Positions 1-8,799 are shown, numbered from the stretch's first letter. The stretch: 10,448 bases of DNA from Rotaria sordida (GCA_905251635.1 CAJNOT010001887.1:10489-20936), one strand, 5' to 3'. Notes: generated from the letters alone by a model not told the origin. Made by a program: numbers and translations.

Positions 1-65
1 GGGTAAGAACATATAATAACAAAAGAAAAAAGAAATATGAAGTCATCCATATATCCTAACATTAC

Positions 66-529
66 CTTTCATCAAATCAGGAGCGACTTCAATTAGTAAA
101 CTATCCAGATTATTCTTGATCACAACATGTGCAGCATAAAGCAACTCCATTGATTGTTTAATGTACATCAATCGTGAAGTATTCAAATGAAGAAGATCGC
201 AGGTGTAATTGGCTTGTGCAACAGTTGATATATATTCGGATAGCATGTAGCACGAGTAGTTAAGTTGCGTCCATCCTTTTGGACAACGTAATTGATCAAC
301 TAAAATAAATCAACAAAGTGAAAACAAAAAACAATAAAATCTATTTTTTCTCAGTACTGGTAGTCTCGTTGATTTTATCAATGTTTGAGGAAATTTTATC
401 TAAGATTGATATTGATTCACTAGACTGCAACTTCTTTTCATTATTTCTTACTGCATTTGATGACTGTTGTAAAACAACAACAGTAATAAAAGGAATTACA
501 AGCAGAAGAAAAATGGCAAAATAATTCAT
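66..529 (-). CDS. Partial gene for a C-type lectin-like domain protein with an N-terminal signal/transmembrane segment (5' end in the window, continues past position 1)
   Basis: Exon 1 is complement(358..529): MNYFAIFLLLVIPFITVVVLQQSSNAVRNNEKKLQSSESISILDKISSNIDKINETT. The intron is complement(300..357), 58 bp, GTACTG...TTTTAG, phase 1. Exon 2 is complement(66..299): (I)DQLRCPKGWTQLNYSCYMLSEYISTVAQANYTCDLLHLNTSRLMYIKQSMELLYAAHVVIKNNLDSLLIEVAPDLMK. It is followed by a candidate donor GTAATG at 65..60. The pattern CPxGW(x6)SCY...(T/x)xxAxxxC matches the start of a C-type lectin-like domain. The splice junction restores a continuous frame. Confidence 0.68.
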
Positions 530-1170
530 CTTGAGCGCATATAAATATCTTCTAAATATAAAAAAATACGCTTATGAATAAAAAGTCTATTAATTCTAAG
601 ATCACTTCAATTTCATAGTGTGATTCGTTAACAAATATTTACTACTTGTATGATGCGGTATTTTGTTCTTGATTCAAGATAAAAAATGACTTGTTCTTTT
701 TATTAGTGAATCGCGTTGCGCTGAAAGAACAGAAAAAAGAATTTGTTGAGTGTGCGCAGACTAAATTTCGGTTTTTTTAGAGATTGCATTTCGATTGGCT
801 TTTATCGACGTCAAATCATCGATGTTATTTCTGCAGCGAAAAGCCAAAAAATTGAAATGATTGAAATCACAATGACACAAAAAACAAGAAGAAAAAAAGT
901 CTTGTTTATAAGCTTCGTCGATATTTTTGCTGTTAATTTTAATTGGTATTAGTTGAAAATTTAATTAGGAGATGAAATAATATCATGCTATGTTTTTTCT
1001 TTCATTGACTCATCACACTCACACACATCAATATTCTCACATTCTGGATCAAATAACATCTTACTTCGATGAGAAACAAAAAATTTAAATATAAGTCTGA
1101 CGACGTCATCATAAGATTAGAAAGTCAAGAGACGAATATGAAAGAATACTCTGAAAAAAAAGGAGTTTAA

Positions 1171-1193
1171 CAGAACCTTTTTTGTGGGTTCTG
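1171..1193. repeat. Short inverted repeat (7-bp stem, 9-nt loop)
   Basis: CAGAACC TTTTTTGTG GGTTCTG. Confidence 0.35.
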
Positions 1194-2085
1194 CTGTTTG
1201 ATGCTGTACGAAACTCTATCTGAATGGTTGTGTCCAAAAAATGGTTTTGCAGGAAACTAGAAAAACTATTCACATTTATGTACAGAAAATAGTTCAGCCG
1301 CTCGATAACGTTTATACATTAGGACGTCTTATGGAAAAACTATTCGTTCTACCCATCTAAGGGTTCTGGATGTCATTTTAAATCCTATTTTCACTTTCAA
1401 AAACTAATTCCCTCGTTTTACAACGAATACTTTCTGAATCTTGAATTAGCTTCCTATGATCAAAATTGTTGTATATAAAAGTTGATGCAAAATATAGAGT
1501 TCGTCTAGTGATAAAATTGATGTGCAATCTAAATGGAAAAAAAGATGTAGTAATCGGCAAAATCAGCGTTACGGAATTTCATCTTTTTTTCATAGTTCCA
1601 ATGGAGATACTTTGAGAATGCGAATAGTACTAAAATCGTTCTGTGACTCAAGTGCATCAGTTCTAATCTTAGAACGAAACTACATCAAAAATTATCTCTA
1701 TTTTAAGGCCAAAAATGAAGAAAAACAGAATTGATCAAAAATCTTCTTTTTAGATGCTTTTTAGACGATTAGTAGGGTTTATATCATTCACAAACAGAGC
1801 ATCTCAGAGCTACAGACATGCTCCGTGACCTATCAACAGCATATTTTTAATTTTAGGACTGATTTTCTTTATTTTTCTCTGTTAAAAACAAGTAGCGCTC
1901 ATCCTACAGGGATTCGCTGACCCTTTTCTGAAAGAAGATCCACAGTCAGTCTTGAAAGAAATAATTTTAAACAAGTAACTGGCTTTGGAGATGACAACTT
2001 GTGATTAAAGATCTAACTTATTTCGAAGTTTGCATTAGAAAAAACATCTTTTATTCAAGATATGAAAGAAAAAAGATATTGTTTG

Positions 2086-2165
2086 GCTCTCTACCAGTGA
2101 TGGAATTCGGTTCGTTTTTTGTGGAACCAAACCAAACCGAATCGGTCCCATCACTGCTCTCTACC
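2086..2165. mobile_element. Candidate 60-bp foldback/hairpin insertion (2096-2155) bounded by 10-bp direct repeats
   Basis: GCTCTCTACC at 2086-2095 and 2156-2165 flanks AGTGATGG (2096-2103) ... CCATCACT (2148-2155), a perfect 8-bp inverted pair. An inner inverted match ATTCGGTT/AACCGAAT further supports a hairpin. Confidence 0.4.
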
Positions 2166-2783
2166 TATCACCTTTTTGGGTTGAGATTTAAAGCAATGAC
2201 AATGAGAGCATGATTGTGAATGGTAACACTCGCCTTTAATCGCTTCTACTGGGAAAAATTCGTCTACTCTACTCGTCACTGAAAATTTTTTTATTTTATT
2301 TGTACTTACCCTTAGTGGGAAAAAGTTACTTGATGTGCTATGAAACAAAAATGTTAAAACGCAGAGAGAAAAAAGAATTTTCTCTTTTCAATAATAAAAG
2401 CAACTCTTTTCATCACTTCATACAGTTATGGCCTTGTTTTGAATCTACATAGACTTCGTTTCAGATTGGAAGGAAGCAAAAAAAACGTCGATTCACTGCC
2501 TTTTTCTATCGAGACAGTGCCTCTCTTACCCTCACTTTCAACACTCTCGACGAGCAAATAATAAAAAAAGTTGAGTGTATTTCATGTTGCAACTATCAAT
2601 ATTGACATAAATTGACGTTAACCTCTTGGCTACCGCTGTCTTCAGATTGAAGACAAGATAGAGAAAAGAGAATATTCTTTTGCGTTCTGTCAAATGTTTC
2701 ACCAGTTAAATACGCTAGAGAGAGTGATTTTCCGATTTTTCTAATCTATCGCACAGAACGAAAGAATTTGCCGGTATTCAAGA

Positions 2784-2850
2784 GGGTGTGGGTGTGGGTG
2801 TGGGTGTGGGTGTGAGTGTGGGTGTGGGTGTGGGTGTGAGTGTGAGTGTG
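2784..2850 (+). repeat. Interstitial telomere-like array, 11 units of GGGTGT/GAGTGT (G-rich on plus strand)
   Basis: Direct reading gives eight GGGTGT units plus three GAGTGT variants, then a trailing G. (TGTGGG)n is the telomeric repeat known from the bdelloid Adineta vaga. Confidence 0.85.
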
Positions 2851-2865
2851 AATATCTTCTCGTAA

Positions 2866-2890
2866 CACACACCCACACCCACACCCACAC
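2866..2890 (-). repeat. Interstitial telomere-like array in inverted orientation (C-rich on plus strand)
   Basis: CACACACCCACACCCACACCCACAC lies 15 bp after the end of the G-rich array. Confidence 0.8.
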
Positions 2891-3780
2891 CGTTTTAGCA
2901 CATATAGATATTTGAGGTTTCTATCTGTAGTAAAAATTCTAGACCTCTACCGCATCTCTATCAAAAGTTATGAGAGACTAAACTGACCAAAAAAGCTCCT
3001 TTTTCTGTATTTCTGATCGCTTATAAAAATCGAATAGTCCCATATTTCGGGACAAAAAATTTATCACAAGTAGGACTCACTGAATTGTGTCTGTCTGTAC
3101 ACAAAGTTTGAGTTCAATCCGTAGAGCCATTATTGAGATATGGTCGCATTTAGACCCCCTTGATGACAATGGCAATTTTTAAGGTCTTTCATAAATTCTT
3201 CATAAAATACGAACGGCTCAATATTTTTTCAAAAACCTTTCACAGAAATTCTTAGAACTCTTGCCTCTATGATATATCAAAAAATGAGCCAGATCTGACA
3301 ACCTCGATTGAGCAGCCTCTCTATAAATCGATTGTGGCTTACGTGGAAGGACTCATATGTCGATTCCACCCTGTATGGTATTTGATAGTAACAGGTCGGC
3401 CGCTAATAACTCTGCAATAAAAATACCATTGAATCTATTCTACGTGATTGGTGTTCAAAAATGAATTCTCCTTTGATGTAATCTCTGAAAAGCGAGCATA
3501 AAATATATCAATTTATGGAAACAATGTCAGTATCTTTTCATTGTGAAATAATTCGAATCAGAAAGAATAAAATATTTATGAGAATTCCATAATCTTACAG
3601 AACAAGTACCAGTTTATTTTTTTATTCTTAGTTAATATTACACTTTCATTGTAAAATCTCAAGAGTATGAGAGGACACGATTTTCTTGCGTGTATACAAC
3701 TATGCCTGCAGCAAATTGTAGTCAAGTCTTTTTAAGCAGTGTATCTGCAAAACTTTCAATAGTCATATTCAGGTTTGTAG

Positions 3781-3786
3781 TTTATT
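3781..3786 (-). promoter_or_regulatory. Candidate polyadenylation signal AATAAA for the F-box/LRR gene
   Basis: Minus-strand AATAAA (plus tttatt) lies about 33 nt downstream of the TAA stop at 3819-3821. Confidence 0.45.
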
Positions 3787-3818
3787 TCTGATGTGAACAT
3801 TAAAAGTTAATTGAATTA

Positions 3819-5184
3819 TTATGCATGATATCGATTGTCCTGTTGGGATATTTGTTGACTGACTGCGTAGGAAATATCATTGTAGCGAATCCATAATTCT
3901 TGAAGTGTCTACATGTGAAAAGTTTAGAGGCTATTGAGAAAACAGAGTACTGAATCATCTATACTTTGTTCTTCTTCAAGGCCTTTGCCAAATAAAGTGC
4001 GCCCTGATCTGTTATATTGTTATTTCCAAGATCGAGAATGCTAAGTATCTATGATTGAAAACACAGAAACAATCGTGAAAAATAGAGTTACGTAAAATAT
4101 GATGTTTACTGTATTCTGTTCAAGAGCTTTGGCAAGGAACAGTGTTCCTGAGTCTTGGATAAGATTGCTTAATAGATAAAGTTCTCTCAATGCCTGTATG
4201 AAACGAACGAATATAAAGTAACTTTTTTCATAAGAAATAATATTTACTTTGTTTTCTTTGATAGCCATAGAAAGAGATTTGGCTCCATCAGCATCGATTA
4301 AACCAACTCGAAGATCCAGCGAAGTAAGTGTCTACACAAGAATTTAAAAATAAAATGTTAAACATATTCGTATGCGATGATTTTTACTCTGTTTTTTCTA
4401 AGCGCTTTTGCTAAATGCGATGCTCCTTGATTTGTAATGTTGTTATTTCCAAGATCAAGTGCAGTCAGTGTCTATAACAAAAAATATAGGTATTTGACAC
4501 TAGCAACAGTGAATAAAGAATGATTCTTACTGTATTTTTCTCGAGAGCAATGGAAAGATATTCTATGCCTTCGTCACCGACGTCATTATTTTGAAGAGTT
4601 AGTTTAGTCAGTGTCTAGTCATGGGAGTATAGATTACAATGACAGATTTCAATGTATCATGAGATTTACATAATTTCTTTCGAGTGCATAGGCAAGATGT
4701 TGTACTCCTTCATTTTGAATATTGTTTTCAATAAGCATTAATGTGGTCATTGTCTATACAAGTATGTTGAAAAACTTAATCCATCAGAACAATAGAAAAT
4801 CGCTTTTACTGTATTATTTTGAAGTGCATTAGTCAAATACTTGATTCCTTCTAATTTAATTTCAATAAGACTAACATGAAGACTTGAAATGGTCTAAGAA
4901 CAATAAAACATTTGTGGCTAATTAAGAAATAAATAGAAGATCACTTTTACCATATTACTCCGAAGAGCTTCGGCAAGATGTTGGAATATTTGAGTTTCCA
5001 TTTTATGATTGACTCGTCTAGGTCTCATGGAGTTACGTCGCCAATATTCAGATGTTGACAGATCAGTAGAGCAAGGTGGTATCATTTCTGACTCAGTTTC
5101 AGAATCATTGCTAACAGAATCTGAGTATTTATCTTGCTCTGCATCGTCCAATCCATCATTAGAAAGTATTAATGTTGTCAATGT
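3819..5184 (-). repeat. Tandem array of LRR-encoding exons: one LRR with an insertion, seven exact 84-nt exons, one terminal 90-nt exon
   Basis: The 84-nt exons start (on the minus strand) at 4893, 4753, 4614, 4471, 4331, 4193 and 4048. Each encodes exactly 28 aa of the form (T)LxxLxLxxNxIxxxGxxxLAxALxxN(T). The terminal exon starts at 3908. The genomic period is about 138-145 bp. Confidence 0.88.
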
Positions 5185-6452
5185 CTGTAAAAAATCAAGA
5201 CAAAAACAAACGCTATCATCAGTAATATATAGGAAAGAAAATAGAAAATGTTGAAGAATCATGGTAAACTCAGAGCAATCCATTTTGTACATACATCGTC
5301 CAAACCATTGTGAATAGCTTGATCTATTGGTCGTCGAGTTAAACGACAAGTATTGTCTATAGACGACACTTCACATCTCATTGAATTTTCAAGGTTTTTG
5401 GCACTGATGGGTATTGTATGTAGCCAGAGTGTATTCTTTTCGAGCAAATACGAACAAGCTGTAATCCAATATTTTTCATGAATCCAATAAGGTGTTTGAA
5501 ATGAATTAATGAATGACTGAATACTAATAAACTGGTTCATTTTCTCACACTTCATCAAGAAGAAGAATTCGAATTTAATTAGATTCGGTAGTTTCATTTG
5601 TATCAAGCATTTCCAGTAGGAACCATCATAAAACAAGTCAACTTCATCTCTATAAGAGATGAGTTTGAGATGTTGAAGTGAAGGTATTGGAGAGAGTAAG
5701 ATTTCGAATACTTCTGTATCAATTGAATGAGCTATAATCGTTAAAGAACTTAATGAACTAGTGAAAGTGCCCTTAGGAGGTGTTGATGTTGTACTATCAT
5801 TTTTGTTCATAGTGAATTTTCGGATGACAAGTGTTTTTAAAGTAGGTAAATGTTGAAGAATGTGAAGATAATGACTGTACATACAATCAGCAATGATCAG
5901 ATGCTCCAATTTGTACTGAACTGGCCAACAAATATCGTTTATATTATACTTCAAATTTTTGAAATATAACTTGCGAATATTACATCGTTGAAGAATCGAT
6001 GAAATGAGAGTCCATGTTCTCTTGTGATCATTTTCTCGCGATTTGATCGAAAGTTCAGTTAAAGAACTGTTTTTCAAATTTTGCAAGAAGTGTTCCAAGT
6101 CAAAATCGCGAACTTGAACGAGATTTAATGAACGCAATTGTATAAATGATCGAATATCGAACAATGATATGAACAAGCCAATACTATCGTATTGTTTACA
6201 ATCTTGATAAATTGTCAATGAAACGATTCTTTCAGGACGAATTATACTAGCAATCTGCTTAATAGTATTTCGCTGCAAAAGACCCAGAGACCATTCAAAT
6301 CGATCATATGTATTGATTGCAAGATAAAATAGTTTAGAAACGCGACGAATCGAAAGGATCAGTGTCTTAGTATCGCAGTAGTCAAAGATATGATGAATAA
6401 GCTTAGAATGAAGTGCAGTAAAATACGTATTTTCTGTCAAACAATTTTCCAT
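3819..6452 (-). CDS. F-box-like / ribonuclease-inhibitor-type leucine-rich repeat protein, 10 exons, about 689 aa
   Basis: Spliced model complement(join(3819..3908,3965..4048,4110..4193,4248..4331,4388..4471,4531..4614,4670..4753,4810..4893,4951..5184,5295..6452)). All introns are GT...AG and phase 0, with lengths from the 5' end of 110, 57, 56, 55, 59, 56, 54, 61 and 56 bp. The N-terminus ALHSKLIHHIFDYCDTKTLILSIRRVSKLFYLAINTYDRFEW is F-box-like. The C-terminal exons carry repeats such as TLTALDLGNNNITNQGASHLAKALRKNR. The stop TAA is at 3819-3821. The start ATG at 6450-6452 is chosen; the ORF is open upstream to an alternative Met at 6554. Confidence 0.85.
6300..6452 (-). other. F-box-like domain region at the N-terminus of the LRR gene (approximate bounds)
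   Basis: MENCLTENTYFTALHSKLIHHIFDYCDTKTLILSIRRVSKLFYLAINTYDRF fits the F-box pattern LPxEixxxIFdyLdxxxLxxxxrVckxf, with His/Lys replacing the usual Pro-Glu near the start. Confidence 0.6.
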
Positions 6453-7208
6453 AGTTGTCAGCATTAATGGTTTAACCCTATAAAAAGTTGACTTTACGAT
6501 GTTAAGTAACATATTTTTGAGATTCTCAATCGTGAATAGAAGTTGTAAGTACAATTATTAGCATCTTGGCTACTTTTTAAATTTAAAACTTCACGTTATT
6601 TTTATCAAATGTTGAAAGAATAGATTTTTGCCTGCTTGTCATTTATTTACAAGTAGACAGTCATGTACGCTGATAATAGAATGAGAACAAAGAACGGGAA
6701 TGTGTGCTGCACTACTCTAACAATGTAACTTCTATCATTGAATAAGCTATGTCAAGGAAAATAAATTAAGAGCAACAAGTAGTTTTAATTCTGTTGATAG
6801 AAGTGACAAGCTTACATGAAACACTGACAATATTATTTTCTTTTACAAAACATACTTACTGAAACAGCTAGTCACTGTCGAAATCACACTTCGTTGCAGT
6901 TTTTTTTTCTTTTAGTTGAAAAAAATGCTATACGCCGCGCAATCTTCTGATAATTTTACATGCACACTGAAAGATAAACTATAAGGCAGGTCAGGTGAGT
7001 AAGATGATGATCAAAAGAAAAATATACCTGGATGGGCAGAAGCAAGATAATAGGAAAACAAACATTTTAAAATTGTTGTTCCCTTGGTTGTCGGGAGGTT
7101 CGTATGAGATAATATGAGTTTGTGTGTGTCCGTGCATTTGTGTCATGGTTAGAGGTCAAAAGTCAAAAAAAAATATTTTTCTTATAACGATTGACGAAAG
7201 TATATCTT

Positions 7209-7272
7209 GGGTGTGGGGTGTGGGTGTGAAAAGAATCGAAACTCACACACACACTACCCCACACCTACACCT
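7209..7272. repeat. Second telomere-like G-rich/C-rich inverted pair
   Basis: GGGTGTGGGGTGTGGGTGTG, then AAAAGAATCGAAACT, then CACACACACACTACCCCACACCTACACCTC. A 10-bp perfect inverted match GGTGTGGGGT (7210-7219) / ACCCCACACC (7256-7265) is present. Confidence 0.65.
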
Positions 7273-7851
7273 CATCCTATTGTCATAGCTGCCGTAATAG
7301 CAGCCGTTCGCATGAAATTTAAGCATGACTATTATGCATTTCAAAGGGTCTATAAACACTTACTAGTTTTTCATCATAATTGACTCTTTCACAACCGTTT
7401 ACAATGGAATATAATTAATCCAAGAGAATGATCCTTTTTCTTCTGAAGAATTTCATAAACACCTTCAATCTATTTCCAATTATTATTTGTTTGCAACTCC
7501 ATATTTAGAATTTTTAATAATTTTTCAAGTATAATGATGAGAAAATTTTAAATATTGTGTGGCTTCTTCTATAATCAGTATTTTACTTCGAGCTTTTTCT
7601 CTTTTTTTTGTTGACGATAAATAGACAATAATGACTCATACGATGACATACACATAACAACATCAATATTCAAATTTTCATTTTCCTCTGTCAATCAGAT
7701 GAACAATCTAAAAGACAATGACGAACATTCCATTGTATTTGAACCAAAATCAAATCTAGTAAATAATTCGAAAAACAATAATTTTCCTACAATATCTAAA
7801 GTGTACAAGAGTTTTTCGTTATTATATTAAAAGAGCACGTTTATAATTTCA

Positions 7852-8731
7852 TTAAAAAGAATTACAAATTTTGATCATGTCTGCTCCACATAAAAATCGA
7901 TACTCAAAATTGGAAATTCGTGCTGGTACGACAAATACAATAAAAGTAAGTATTGGTGGAATGAATGAAATAAAATACCCAACTAGATACAACCATGACT
8001 CTTGAGCTGATTTCATGCAACTTGATACGAAAAAAATGACCAAACGTGGAAATGCCAAAATGACAAAAACAAACGGAGATATAAGAAGATGTTGATATTT
8101 TTTAAATTGAACAACTAAATGTTTTTATAAGATTGTTGTATTCGAATAGATACTCGTTGTCGAGTAGTTGTGATAATGATGACAATAGTCGAAATAAGAT
8201 TAATGACAAAAGGAATGAAAAAATGCAGAGCTTGAATTGTTTGATTGTAGACTTAAACACTATGTGGATAAGTAACAATACACCAAATTCTCTTTTCATC
8301 ACCATCATCATCCTACATTAGTTGTCGATAAATGGGATTATGCATAGTTGTAGCAATTGATATAAGAATTATCACCAGCTAAATATTGACTTGTTTTTCT
8401 TATTAAAATTGACACTTCGAATCGTGGCGATGGCTCTTTCAACAATCACAAAGGCATCTAACCATTGATCCATACAAAGTGAGATTCGTAAAAGAAAATC
8501 GATTGAAATACATTGAACATGCAAAAATAATCGATTCAAAATTAATCCTATCTGTGCACCAATAAGAGTCTAGAATTTCAACATAAATAAAATCATTGTC
8601 AAAAGTGTAGTAATCAATGAACCTAATAAGTAGGAACCACATCCGACTTCCCAGAGTTTCTTGAGGATATGGGTGTGTAGAAGTTACTACGATAACCCTA
8701 GGAGATATTTCGATGTAACTAACTCAATCTG
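7852..8731 (-). pseudogene. Decayed seven-transmembrane rhodopsin-like GPCR pseudogene (TM2 to TM7 recognisable, TM1 largely absent)
   Basis: Conceptual minus-strand reading across frames: KLWEVGCGSYLLGSLITTLLTMILFMLKF*TLIGAQIGLILNRLFLHVQCISIDFLLRISLCMDQWLDAFVIVERAIATIRSVNFNKKNKSIFSW / VIILISIATTMHNPIYRQLM*DDDGDEKRIWCIVTYPHSV*VYNQTIQALHFFIPFVINLISTIVIIITTTRQRVSIRIQQSYKNI* / QHLLISPFVFVILAFPRLVIFFVSSCMKSAQESWLYLVGYFISFIPPILTFIVFVVP. In-frame stops are at 8570-8572, 8313-8315, 8253-8255 and 8115-8117. Frame changes are near 8375 and between about 8090 and 8115. The hydrophobic segments, the ERA motif after TM3 and the order of segments fit a class A GPCR. Confidence 0.75.
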
Positions 8732-8799
8732 ATCAAGTGGCCTTAGTATCAGTATAAGAGATCCAAAAAGACAAGCAATTCGGATCAATACATGACACT

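Noticed and set aside
743-952. Plus-strand 69-aa ORF
   Set aside because: Short, low-complexity Lys/Ile/Phe content with no recognisable domain or splice partners.
1007-1037. CA-rich stretch (CACTCACACACACATCA) as another telomere-like array
   Set aside because: It lacks CCC-containing 6-nt units and a paired G-rich arm, so it is better described as a simple CA-rich tract.
1092-1135. CTGACGA...GAAA resembling a hammerhead ribozyme core (CUGANGA / GAAA)
   Set aside because: The bases between the two core motifs do not form a credible stem II and I could not find matching stems I/III.
1260-1345. Repeated GAAAAACTATTC (1260-1271 and 1334-1345)
   Set aside because: The two 12-nt AT-rich matches have no extended similarity around them, so this is plausibly chance.
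4041-4268. 75-aa ORF as a stand-alone gene
   Set aside because: It is exon 8 of the LRR gene flanked by read-through of introns on both sides. The 28-aa LRR core is bounded by AG and GT sites.
5009-5254. Plus-strand 81-aa ORF
   Set aside because: It lies antisense to exon 2/intron 1 of the well-supported F-box/LRR gene and shows no recognisable domain.
3819-6452. NLR-type innate immune receptor
   Set aside because: The RNI-like LRRs are reminiscent of NLRs, but no NACHT/NB-ARC nucleotide-binding motifs (Walker A GxxxxGKS/T) are visible. The N-terminus is F-box-like.
7096-7120. GGTTCGTATGAG as a tRNA B-box
   Set aside because: It deviates from GGTTCGANTCC and has no matching A-box or cloverleaf arms nearby.
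7294-7310. GCTGC...GCAGC small inverted repeat beside the second telomere-like pair
   Set aside because: The 5-bp stem is too short to be meaningful without copy-number or conservation evidence.
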